64,000 nucleotides of DNA, taken from positions 1,473,932 to 1,537,931 of the forward strand of contig RHPI01002090.1 in assembly GCA_009103225.1 (NCBI GenBank), in the 5' to 3' direction. The number at the start of each line of letters is the position of its first letter. The first letter of the stretch is position 1. Of this stretch, positions 42,857 to 54,863 are shown in pieces. A program made the translations under genes and the position numbers. The notes beneath the pieces are model-generated. The model made no database searches. It was not told the DNA's origin and worked only from the letters and a program-made list of their open reading frames with translations. The DNA is from Chlorokybus atmophyticus. Its lineage: Eukaryota > Plantae > Mesostigma and Chlorokybus algae.

Positions 42857-44967
42857 ATGAGCCAGCCCAAGCAGACGGAGGATGCCTCTCCTGCTCCATC
42901 ACAAGGCGGGTGGGTAAATGGTTTGTTGTGCGGTCAGTATGGAGTGCCAATTTGCTTGCATGTTGATCATTATCGGCCTGTCAAACTTGTCCTGTGGTTA
43001 TGTGCCTTGCCTTCATGCGTGCTGTTGTGCTTGGGATAACGCATACCTGGCAGGAGAGCATGTCCTGATTCGCTCAGTTCAGCAGCCGAACGCATGCGTG
43101 CATGTGTCTTTCAATGCATGCATTCGTAGTCACAGCATGCACAGGAAAACATAAGACACGCATCTGTAATATCTCTGGAAGCAGCAGTGTTGGTAATGCA
43201 CAGCCATTCACTACCATCCATCAACAACAAGCTTGTTCGAGCGAGCGTACTTGCGTGCGTGCGTGTGTACGATTTTGCATATATGTGTTCGTATGCGTGT
43301 GTGTTTGTCAGGACCCCTGGTGGCGGTGCTGGCGCTTCAAGGCCGCTGTTCAGAATCCCCTCTCACCGCGAGGTAGAGCAATCCTCACGCCCCGCGCCGC
43401 CACCCAACTTGTTCCAGCAGCAGCAACAAGCAGCAGAGCACAGCGGAGCAGCGAGCAGGGCTGGAGTATCATCAACGCCACCGCAACCACCCGTGATTAC
43501 CGCGCGCAATCGCACCCCTCCTCCTGCTCCTAGCCAGGCACCTCCCACCTTGCCCGCGCTTCGTCCTGTTGGGGCGTCCTCTGCTGCGCCGGAGAGGCCT
43601 CATGCCAGGTCGGATGCTGGTTTGATGTTCCCAAGTGAACTTGTTCAGTTCAGGTGGAGTGAGAAGCAGCACTACTCACTCGCGTGTGTCGCAGGCCTGA
43701 AGCTCGCGCAAGCACGGGTGCTCCGTCTACCAGCGCCCCGGACGCATTCAACTTCTCGAAACACATGCCGCCGGTAGGTGCTTTATGCTTGTGCTTGCGA
43801 CACAACAACTGCTACTCACACACTGTTCTTTCGCTCATGTCCCTGTGCGTGCGCCACAGCTTCTGCCGCAGAATGCCATTATTGTAAATGAGCGAAGGCA
43901 GAAAGGCAACCCAATCCTGGATTTCGTGCGCAACGTTCGGTAAGCGCACAATTGCAGTTAATAAAGACACTCACATGTGCTAACAAATCACAATAGTTGC
44001 TCTCGCTCCTTTTCACCACATAATCAAACACGTAAGTTGAAAGTTTTGTTTTGTGAACAGGTATGCGTACTCAAGCGACATTGTGCCGGACTTTCTGGTT
44101 GGCGCGACAGCGTGCTGCTTGTACATATCGGTTAGGTATCATCTCCTCCATCCAGACTACCTTTTTGCGCGGGTACGCGAGCTGCAGAAGAATTTCCGGC
44201 TGCGCGCGATTCTGTGCTACGTTGACCAGGTGGACGTCATCCAGCCCCTGCACGAGATCACAAAGATCGCGCTGCTGCACGAGTGCACCCTTATATGCGG
44301 CTTCAGGTGCGACTGATGTGTGCATCTTGCCCGCGCAAGGAAAGCGTTGGTTTTCAATTAAACAGAGTCAATGACACCAACTGGGTTGCGTGTTGTGCAG
44401 TATGCAGGAGTGTGCGCGCTACTTGGAAACGCTCAAGAGCTTCGAGGCCAAGCCGCCGGACTTGATCATGGAAAGGAAGGAGACGGACTACGTGTCAAGG
44501 GTGAGCGTTGTTTTTGTACGGGCGCAATGTAGGTCAGCCCGTTAATAGTGTGCCTGCTTTGGGCAGTTGACGGATGTGCTCACCTCTGTTCGGGGTGTGA
44601 ACAAGACTGATGCGGCGACCATGGGCACCGCTTTCAAGTCCTTCAAGGGCATGATGAAAGCCACTGTGGACGACTTGATTGCTTTGCCCGGGATAGGAGA
44701 ACGCAAGGTCAGTATACATGCATAAGTGCATGTACAACCTGTTGCTGCCTGCCACAGAAACTGACCTCCAAACCACATGGTCTGCAGGCTAGAAGGCTGT
44801 ATGACGCTTTTCACGAACCGTTCAGGCGAACGAACAGGCAACTGAGGTTGCCCGAGTCTCTGACGCAGAAGGCCGTGGCATCCCAGCAGTCGCAGCCGCA
44901 GCAGCCGAGTCAACCCGCAGCTGAGCGGCGAGAGTCAATTGTGCCAAGCAGTCAAGCCTCGCAATGA
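42857..44967 (+). CDS. ERCC1: DNA excision repair protein ERCC1, multi-exon
   Basis: LFRIPS, NAIIVNERQKGNPIL, PDFLVGATACCLYISVRYHLLHPDYL, RYLETLKSFE, VRGVNKTD, LPGIGERK|ARRLYDAFHEPF; stop TGA at 44965-44967. Confidence 0.95.
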
Positions 44968-45663
44968 CGAGTGACTGTTGCTTGCGTGACAATTGCTGTT
45001 TCAAGTTCAGTGGCATCAGCAGGAGGCGCAAGTGCGTGGTTGCAAATCCCACCAGGAGCATGTCAACTGTGCTTGGCAAATGTGTCTTGTATGCGCAGCA
45101 ATGTCGGCCGTGAGGGGATTGCAAAGCTTCCCTGCATGTTGCATGCTTTATTATGTATCCAATTTCATCAACATCCATCGGCGTTTCAGCACGTACAGGC
45201 CAATGGCTTTGGGTAGCTTTTGGTAAGTTGGGCCATTGAGGAGCTGGCGACTGGTATGCGTGCTAGGTCTATCCTTGTAGTTGCATTGTTAGTGCTAGCA
45301 GACATAGCAAACATAAGAGTTGCAAGCTAGCCACATGTGTGGTTTGGCTGAGACGTTGCAGTGTTCAATAGTGTCCTTACGAACTCATTACCAGCTGTGC
45401 AGGGTACTGGGTACTGTGTGGCTGCGCACATGTTTGCCTGAGTGAGCTTACACAAATCAAAAACGGTTACAACCCCATCCGCCTACCCCCCCAGCCACAC
45501 CGCAAACCGAACCGGCAGCACATACCTGCAAGTTAGGGTGGTGCATAAAAAAAGGAATCAGCATTTCGTGCATGCAAGGTCACACATGCCATGTTCACAT
45601 GCAAGCAAACTCGCTACACTCACCAATCACACAACCAAATACAACCACCGAGTTGGTCAGTAA

Positions 45664-45721
45664 CTGATACATGCACAACCCCACCGGCACCTAACTGCCG
45701 GTGGGGTTGTGCATGTATCAG
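45664..45721. repeat. Perfect 26-bp inverted repeat with a 6-nt loop
   Basis: CTGATACATGCACAACCCCACCGGCA-CCTAAC-TGCCGGTGGGGTTGTGCATGTATCAG. Confidence 0.97.
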
Positions 45722-45847
45722 AAACAACAATTCAACAAGAGTTTGCTTTCAGCTAACAAGCGTGGGCTTATTTATGGACAAAAATCACGGTGTAAAGCTG
45801 GCAAGCAGCATATGTGCAGTGTCACGGCCTAAGGTTATTGGCACCAC

Positions 45848-48800
45848 CTAAATGAAGGCAGTGTAAGGAAGAAGTGACGGCTGCAAAAATGGAAACTTGA
45901 AGGTGGATGTTGCCTCGCGTTTTTCAATCTTCGTCTGGATCCTCGCCAAGTCAGCCTTGTACTTCCTGGCAGCTTGATGCAGGCAGGGCTCGTTGGCCAA
46001 GCGGCCCAGCGCATTGATGATGTTGTCTTCCGGCGAGATGGTTTTGCTGCGCACAAACACTTGCGTCAGTTGAAGTGGAATGGCTGATTTGGACCAGGTA
46101 ATACCTAAAGCTGCCATGCTTACTAGTAAGGTGCGCCTGTGCTGAAGAGGCCCAGCAAGGCTGTGGCACTGTGCGGCATGTAGTTGAGGATTGTTTCCTC
46201 TGTAACCGTGCCGCGGGTTGTCGGAGGAGGGGCCGTCATGTAGCGGTTGTAGAATGGTGGCGAGTACACGTTGTGGACGGCGTACAGGTTAACGGAGTGG
46301 TGTTCCACTGTGCCACAATCAGACACGACTGTTGGTATTGCATAGTCTGATAGCAGTGGCAGCACGAACAAGACCTCGCTATATACAACTCAGACACCCT
46401 GATCTAAGAGAGGAAGCAAGCAGCAGCTCCTCACCTGTTCCAAAGACAATCTGGCTGAGGACAGCGGCAAGTTCTGCCTTTGAAGTGATGGCTGTGGGGA
46501 AGCCGTTGATGCGGCCCACCAAGTCACCAGCAGTGGCCTGCAGGCAATGATCGCTATGAACTCAGGCGATTGTTGACCTTCTTATTGTCTCTATGGTGTG
46601 TGCAACACAAAAAGCACACCTTGAGCTCGGCATCTCCGGCAACAGCAGCATCTGACGAGTAGTACAGATCAATGTACGCGGACGTGAACTTGTTGATGGC
46701 CTTCAGGTGGAGCAGCCCATCGCTTTTAAAGCGGAAATTGTCCAAGTCGCCCAGGCCGCGCACTGAGAGAACCAGAAGGGTCAGCAGAATGACAAGATGG
46801 GCACGCACACTCTATTGTCTGCTAATTATGTTGTACGCGTGGAGCAACTAGCCAAATCAGAAGCATACCAGCGATCCTTGCTTCCAGGGACTCAGTTCGC
46901 CAGTCGTAGCTTTGCAACGTGAAGCCCAGGTACGTAAGCAGACCCGTCTGCATGTAACCACACCACACAATGTCTGCAACTACTTTGACCTTTGATTGGG
47001 ACCAGGCAGCGCAGGACCATTGAATGTATTGCGTGATCAAGCAGCATGGCCAGCTGCGTACCGTGCTGATGGGCCATGAATAGTCGCCGCCATCACCCTG
47101 ATATACCCTCTGCAGCCCTGCGGCAATGACCCCCCATTCATTGGCCAGATAATGGTCCAAGAAGACCCTCACGGGATGCCCCTCATACATGAATCTGGTC
47201 GCAGCAACGCGTATTGTGGCGGGAACAACATGCTGCCTGACGAAATGTGCATTCTGCAATATAAAAATAGGTTGAGGCACTTGACCACTGTGGCCAGAAC
47301 ACAAGGAGCTCAACGAGCGCGTCTGATGCATGCTATGAATATGCATGAATGCGGCTTGCCACATCATGCAAAGCTGTACCTGCTCAGCTAAGAATGACGC
47401 CGTGTTGGCGTACAGCTTGGCAAGTTGCCAGTCCCATGCGCTGTCCAGAGGCGTCCAGACGACTGAGCCCGAAACGGAAATAGCAATTGGTAGCAGGGCT
47501 TTGTTTGGACGTGGTGCCTGCCATGCGCAAGTCTGTTGAGCCTTTGCGAGTAACAAGTGCCAAGGCATTGCATGATGCAAGTTTTGAACACCAGTGCTGT
47601 GAGCAGCCATTAGGGAAGCGGCAGCGAGTAACAGCAGTGCATGTCTGCATCTGGTAGGACATGGCATGAGCAAGTAACAGCAGCTAGCATTGCAGGCAAC
47701 ATGCTGCGTGAACTGCAAAAGCAGCATGGTAATTCGTGTCATGTCCGACACACCTGATAGAGCAGGGTAATGACGCCAGGTGCGTACCGCCCGGGAACCA
47801 GGAAGGTCTGGAAGTTGTTATAAAAGCTGGCAGCACAGGAGCACAGTGCGTCAGTGCCACCTAGGCAAGTGAATCATCCTGACAGGTCCATGCACGCAGC
47901 ATGCCGAGAAACGTAACCCACGTATTGTCGTGGGTCACCTACCTGTTGTCTTCCACGTACAGCCGACCAGCATCCAGAGCGGATTGCAGGGTCTCACCAG
48001 TCTTCAGTAAACCCTGGATGTAACGCATTGAGCAAGCGTTAGCTGATCATGCGCGAGCCGTGACAGCCGCGTCAGTTGCTGAGTTGGTGTGCGTGTGTTT
48101 ATCAAGTTCGTCCTTAGAACACACCTGAACTTGTGCGTCCTGCAGGGCAAAAGGCAGCGTGCTTGCGCGCTGGATGTGCTGATGGGCGGAGGTCTTGCGC
48201 ACGAAGCCGAAGTAGGCGTCGTCCGTCCAGTGCGGCAGCGACAGTGGGACGGGTGCATTGGCCGGGTTGCTGACCAGGGCGGCAAAGTCCGACCACTTGG
48301 ACAGCGGGTAGTTACCGGCTGCCACGATCTGCAGAAAGGCGCCGCGCTTGGTTGCCGCATCGACCTGCACAAGAGTTGCGCATGGGTCTGTAGAATTTGC
48401 AGCAGCCTGATATACATAAGATTGGAATAGAAGTTCCCCAGCTGCCCATGAAGTGATTGCTACAGCTGCAATTCACTGCGCTGTATGTGCAACGGCTTGC
48501 AGTCGTTCAAGGTCATACCTGAGCCGTTGATAGAATGCCAAGGGCCTCCACTCCTGTCACCAGCTGTCCTACAGTGCCTGCGCATGTGAGACATGTCAGC
48601 ACAGCTTAGCTCATGTTGACAAGTTGATGTGAACTGTGCTCAGCCGCTGCTGAGCAGCGACATGTCAGAGTACTGAGCATGCCTCCTGCTGGGAAATTCC
48701 CAAAGCTTGAGCACGATGAGTTTAACAGTGCTTGTGCTGACTGACTTCGACGCTGCTTGTAAGTGCGACTGAGCTGCACCACATCAGCATGCCCCTTGGT

Positions 48801-49089
48801 GTATACACCACTCACATGGACGCATTGTACGTACACAATGCGTCCATGTGAGTGCACCGCTCCTCATCACTCAAGCTGCGCACTTACCCACGGCCGGTGC
48901 ACCCAACGTGCTGTAGTTGTACAGGTTCTGCTGTGTGCCAACAAGAACGCTGCGGTAGAGCGCCTGCGACGGCGGGCCCTCGGCAGGGATGTTGTACACC
49001 GAGCAAGAACTGTTTGCTAGCACCACCGACGAGCAGCAGAACAAGCACAGCAACACCGCCAGCGGCAGGAATGTCATCGCACGGGCCAT
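45848..49089 (-). CDS. Secreted lipoxygenase, multi-exon
   Basis: Signal-peptide-like MARAMTFLPLAVLLCLFCCSSVVLA; WDWQLAKLYAN, AHFVRQH (two His ligands), GHPVRVFL, FRFKSDGLLHLKAINKFTSAYIDLYYSSDAAVAGDAEL, EHHSVN (His/Asn ligands), C-terminal PYTAFI* (Ile ligand). Confidence 0.9.
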
Positions 49090-50394
49090 GCTTGTGCTGG
49101 ACAGTGGCAGCACACAAAGCTTACCTACACTGCCTCAGCGCTTGAACATGGGCACGCAGTCAGGCCGCGGAGATGGCAACGCTGCGGCGACGTCGCCGCA
49201 ATAAAGTCCTGCTGCCGCGGCATGCCTTTGTCACTACCGTACACGGTACACCGCACCGCCATACGGTGGTGACGTACAGTCATAAGCGTAAGGTGTTGCA
49301 CCATTGGTTACATTACACCATTTTTAAATTGGTTACATGACACCATTGGTGTCACCACTGGTGTATCTACTGGATGGCTGAAGTTCAATCCCTCGTCATG
49401 CTGCATGGGTGACTGTACTTTAGGGACCAGAACGCCTTGACACACGGTACGACGCTTCTTCAATGATTGATTTATCAAGCGCGTTGAAAGCTGCAAATTG
49501 CGTGCTAAGCTGAATGCCTTCCTTGCTAAGCTTGCCGACGTCAGCAATTGATAAAATGCAACTTGGCGCGATCTATACCGCACAAATTATGCCCTCCCGA
49601 AGAGCATACTGTTTATCCTGCCCTATGCTTATACTCTGAGCGGGGTTATCTATAGAGTATCATATGCTCTTGGCACTTGGAGCATAAGATGCTGTTTTAT
49701 GGCTCGAGCATATTAAAATGGTTTCGCTTATCATACCCTGCCCATGGCGTTTAACACGTCTGCCACCCGTTGTGTCATCACGCCAATAACGCTCTGCATC
49801 TCACGCGACACTCCCCATTCAATAGCATTCCCTCACATTGAAAGCTGTGAAAATTTGTGAATATAGAAATATACTTATTTTTTCGTTGGTCATCCCATCT
49901 TCTACAATACAAGCAAGGTTATTGTCTTTGTGTGAAGTCTCTTGGCGTGAGTAGTCCCATTCGCTGTCTGTGTGCGCTTGCATTCAAAAGAATGGAACAA
50001 TCTTGGTTTATCACAACACCGTCACCGCTGCCGCGGCCCACTTTCATGGCCGGCGCAACTTCTCGCCTATGCGCCAGTTGGCCGCAGCCGACAGCACCCA
50101 TATCTGCCTCCCCACCTCCACTTACCTCACGCCCAAACTTGAGAGAGGGATGCAGCATCAAGCTCCCATCATTGTGTCCAAAACACAACTCTCATTTACA
50201 TAGATCACGCATATGCCAGATACTGCACTATGGTGTAATCATAGCGCACACACATACGGTGTTTGAGTTGGGATTCTCAATCAACCAATCAACCACAGAG
50301 CCCGAGAATAGCTGTCTATGTTACTCAATGTAAGTAGTGATGAAACAACTGAATGAATAGGAACGTCAGCTATGTACATTGTATGCAGACAACC

Positions 50395-51966
50395 TCATGG
50401 CACCATGCCAGCAGGCTCCATACGTCGATGACCAATCAAGGCCATGGTGGATTCAAAGCCCAGCCAGGTGATAGCATTGGTGGGGACTGACCGTATCAAA
50501 GTTGGTGTCAAACCCCTCAGAAATGTCAGCAACCCCTCGGACCGGTACATGAAGACTGCAGTGTGCCATATACTTTGCGCTTTCATCTCGCTAGCTTGTA
50601 TCCTGCACAAAATAGCATCCTTCATCCCTGCGATTTTGCTGCCAAGGTGTGGCTATGCTGATTAAGAATGCACTGTCAAAGCTTGTACCTGGTTTTGATT
50701 GCATCTAACGGGTAAATGCTAGCCCAACTCACGGCTCCAGCAAGCCCCCCGGCCATGATTGTGCGCGCTGGGTTGAGGGCCGTAGGGTCCGCACCGGCCG
50801 GTGTCATTGTCCGGCAGAGCGTCTCGTATGCTAGAAACCACGAGGCATAACCCAACGAGTCGCGCCAGAACGTCACATGCATGCCTTTGAATAGCGCCCG
50901 AGCTCCGCCTTCCCTCAGTAGTTGCACAGCGCAGTCGAGTGAGTTCTTGTACAGCGGGTGCTGTGCCTGCGTTTGGGCGCAGAAGCGCTTCCTCTGGTTC
51001 TGCATCTTGATCTTGACAAGGTCTGCTTCCGACATCAACCGACACCCGATATCAAGAACTAAAACGGTATGTAAAGCGTACCTTGCTTGTCATGCAGAGA
51101 CCTCATGCTGCACGGAAACGATTGACAATGCTGTATGGCACATGTGCAGCTACACACAGGCAGTACGACATGCACATGTCTTATATTGGATGCAAATCAA
51201 ATTGACACTGGGGAATACGAACCCAGGAAACCACCAGTGAGTGCAGACACCCTCACCTGAGCACGTCATTATGGGGGACTGCACAACGCCAACGCCGAAT
51301 CCCGCTGCGGCAACCTGCCCCAGCGGCTGCTGGCTGTAAGCCAGGCCAGCATCCAGCAGTGCCCTGCGGAGCGTCGCGTATGTCCCAAACACGATTGCTT
51401 GGCATGGCACATTGCTGGCGATGGGCGGTCCCACACCCTTGAACAAGGCAAGAGGCTGCACATTGACAGCAGCCAAGAGGTTGGACGCACGTACAGACCC
51501 ACACCGCACGTTGGCCTCCTGGTGAATGTAAATATGTCCTACTGCATGCGTCACTGTACCCCTTCCAGCCGTACAGTCTTTAAGAGGCAGTCTAACGGTC
51601 CAGCGAAACGAACCACGCCAGCGTTTGCAGTGCTCGACAACTGCTGCGACTGCAGCCGAACCTGCGTAACAACAACACCGTCAGATTCTTGCATCATCAG
51701 TTATCGTGCCAGAATTGGGGTGCGGCGCATAGCATCCATGACGCCACTGAGGCCAACTACCAAGCCAGGTAGCCAAGCACGCGTACTATTTGTAATAAGC
51801 TACAACACCACTAGCGGCACGTAGCATGCAGCCAGTAAGCGCTTGCACTAAAGTAGACTGATTTTTTGCGCAAATAGAACAAAGGCCCGACCTTTATCAG
51901 ATCCAGGGGATGGCCAACGACAATGCCGGCGGTTCCGCCAACGGTACCAGCCAGCAGCTCCTCCAT
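50395..51966 (-). CDS. Mitochondrial carrier (SLC25; basic amino acid / carnitine-acylcarnitine carrier-like), multi-exon
   Basis: Three Px[DE]xx[KR]-type repeats: AGTVGGTAGIVVGHPLDLIK|VRLQ, LVKIKMQ, YPLDAIKTR; also LFKGMHVTFWRD and RGLTPTLIRSVPTNA. Confidence 0.9.
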
Positions 51967-52396
51967 GTCGCCAACATCAGATCTGTCCTACGCCACAGGA
52001 GGGGGGGGGGGGGGGGNNNNNNNNNNNNNNNNNNNNNNNNNNNNNNNNNNNNNNNNNNNNNNNNNNNNNNNNNNNNNNNNNNNNNNNNNNNNNNNNNNNN
52101 NNNNNNNNNNNNNNNNNNNNNNNNNNNNNNNNNNNNNNNNNNNNNNNNNNNNGGGGGGGGGGGGGGTCACAAGCCACCAACACTTGAACCTTTCGCCAGC
52201 GTTGGCCTCATCCTCCTCCGCCACCGCCACGGCGGCCGCACCACCACCCGCCCCATACCCCCAGCAAGCACACACGTGCTGTGCACGGCACTGCCTGCTT
52301 GTGTGTGTGACGTTACTTCCCGCGTTTTACTAGGGTACTGTTTGATTTGAATTAGGGTTTGAGGCGGCATTACTGGCGGTGGCGACGGGGGTGGCA

Positions 52397-54271
52397 ATGG
52401 CGGCGGCGGAGGCTGTGGCCAGGCTGGAGAGGCAGCTGTCCGGGATGGGGGCCGGGGTGACAGGAGAGTGGTGCGCCGCCTGCGCTGCCCATATGATGGC
52501 CAGCCAGCCTGGTTTCGGCGCTCTCCCGCCGGATCGCCAACTGCAGCTGGTCTTTGCACAGCTGCTGCATGCTGACCTTAACCTAGCTGGGAGCGGGATT
52601 ATCCCGCGACACGTCGCTGGTAGGTAGGACATGGCCTCACGAAGCCCACTTGCAGTTGCGTGCCCTGTTGGCAGAAGCCACACGCGCTGATAGTTCCTTT
52701 GAATATTTTGAATTCATTTCTCGTCCTCGGACATGTCGTCATCATGACGCACGTGGGATAAGCGCTCCCCTGTACTGAACAGGCATTCATAAGCAGCGCT
52801 TGGAGGGAAGGTTTGTTTTGCAAGTTGACGAGATAGCCAACATCTCAACGCCTGCAAAAGAGAGGTAAATGGTTTACCTACATGACCCAGCATCATCGCA
52901 CGCAGCCAGAGCTGCCACTTTTCATCGCCATGACGTGCGTGTAGTGGCTGTAACAACGTTGTTGCGCTGCCAACAGGTACAATGAGCGCAGAGCAGATGC
53001 CTTACGCACTTTAAAGCTGCACATGACGGATGGTAAGCAACGCATCGTGGGCATTGAGTACCAACCCATTCCGCAGCTAAGTCCAACAACCCCTGCAGGC
53101 ACAAAGGTGCGCTGCTTGCCTCCATAAAACATACACAATAGTGGCTGCAGCAGTTACCATATTTGAATAAGAGAACGGTATGCAGTCATGCCCGTCATCC
53201 TCTGTTTTACATGCAGGTTCTCATCGTTCATGCATTGGTGCGGCGGGGCATGCTGTTGCTGTCTCCAGAAAGCTTCCACGTGCTCGGTGGTGGAGTGAGT
53301 CGTTTGGAAGCAGCGCGGTGCAGAGTAGTTGCGCACTGGAACAAACCTGCAAGGGGTATCAGGTGATTCTTGGGACTGATCATGACAAGGACGGTGGTAA
53401 TAGTCTCATGCAAGTACAGCTGGCTTATCAACCTCACGCAGGACACAACACGAGCACGGCAGCAACCTAATTGCAGCTGCCTCAGCATCTGCATGGGCAG
53501 ATGAAGGTCAACCCAACGAACGTGACGCTGCACAAGCGCAGCAAGCAGAGGCACATGGCTCTGGTGCCCATGCAACCATGCACCAAGCAGCGTGGCCACG
53601 CATACCTGGTCAGAGCGCTGCACCTGCCCCACCCGCTGCACCTGCCGCACCCGCTGCGCCCTTTGCGTTTTATCGATCTCCTGCGCAACCAGGCCCAAAC
53701 AACGTGCCTTTATCAACCAACCAATTCAATGGTACTATTCCGTCAGCTTCAGCATAGTATGCAGGCATTGCTGATCATTCTCCAGTAGAAGAAGTTGAAC
53801 GGGTTGTCACAAGCATCTTTGTGTGCAGTGCCGACCCAAGCGCAACAACGCACCGAAGGGGCAGCCACCACTTCTGCGCCTCAACCACTGCGCAGTGACA
53901 GCAGTGCAGCAGCCAGTTGCGTAAAGTCTGCCATTGACAGCACCGGCAATGTTGTGTACGAGATAGCCGACAGCGAGGACAGCGAGGAAGATGACGCCAC
54001 CAACATTTCCTCTTGCCCCACAACTGACCCCGTGGCTCCCACCAATCAAACGCAGGTTTTTGGTGTCCCACCTTGGCGTGAAGCTGAGGCTCAACATGAG
54101 GAGCGGCATGGGAGAGTGATAGACAGTCAAGAGGTTGAGGACACAGATGAGGAAAGCCCACCTCATCCTTTCTTGGATAACGATGCTGTTGAAGACGATG
54201 ACATTGAAGGCGATGAAGACCACGAACCTGAAGAAGTGGACGCAGATGACGACATGCCCTTTGATGACTGA
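52397..54271 (+). CDS. RMI1: RecQ-mediated genome instability protein 1 (DUF1767 + OB fold, acidic tail), multi-exon
   Basis: QLLHADLNLAGSGIIP, LEGRFVLQVDEIANIS, RTLKLHMTDGKQRIVGIEYQPIPQL, AGTK|VLIVHALVRRGMLLLSPESFHVLGGGVSRL. The 3' exons are less certain. Confidence 0.85.
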
Positions 54272-54863
54272 ACAGTGTCGCATGCACTCTTCAACATCTG
54301 TGTCAACAGTACTGTGTCCATGCCGAAACCCGTTGAGCAAGGGGCGTAGGGGCTACGATCACTGCATGCGCTGTTGCATATGTCGCCACAACGGTCAGGG
54401 AGACAGGTAATGTTGCTAGGATGCCCCGCGAGCGGTGTATAATTCAGATGCTCACATGGTTGCTTGTGTCATTGCTGATCTGCACTTGCTTCAAGTGCAG
54501 AGAAACAAGGGGCGCTGCGCGATTGGGCAGTGCCTCCAACCTACTCGTAACGAGGATGCAATGGTGCGATTGGCCTGTCGGGCATGTGGTACACTGCGAA
54601 GTAGACATACAATCGGGCAAATACGTTGAAAGGTTGTCTGTTCGTGGTTATGTAATGATGTGGTGTGGGGAAGAACTCACTACTCAGGCCGCTGTCTACT
54701 CATTCTGTGGTGAACCATGCCAAACAAGCAGACTATACAAGGGCATCCACCATAATTTGTGGGCGTGTGCTTTGCAATCGTAGGTGCTTCGCCGCAAGGA
54801 ACTTCATGAGGTGAGAGGTAGGTACATAGTCAAATAGCTGCAGGGTTGCATCATTGCAGTCAC

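Noticed and set aside
45690-45695. Telomere-seed interpretation of the CCTAAC hairpin loop
   Set aside because: A single hexamer is expected by chance and there is no tandem telomeric array.
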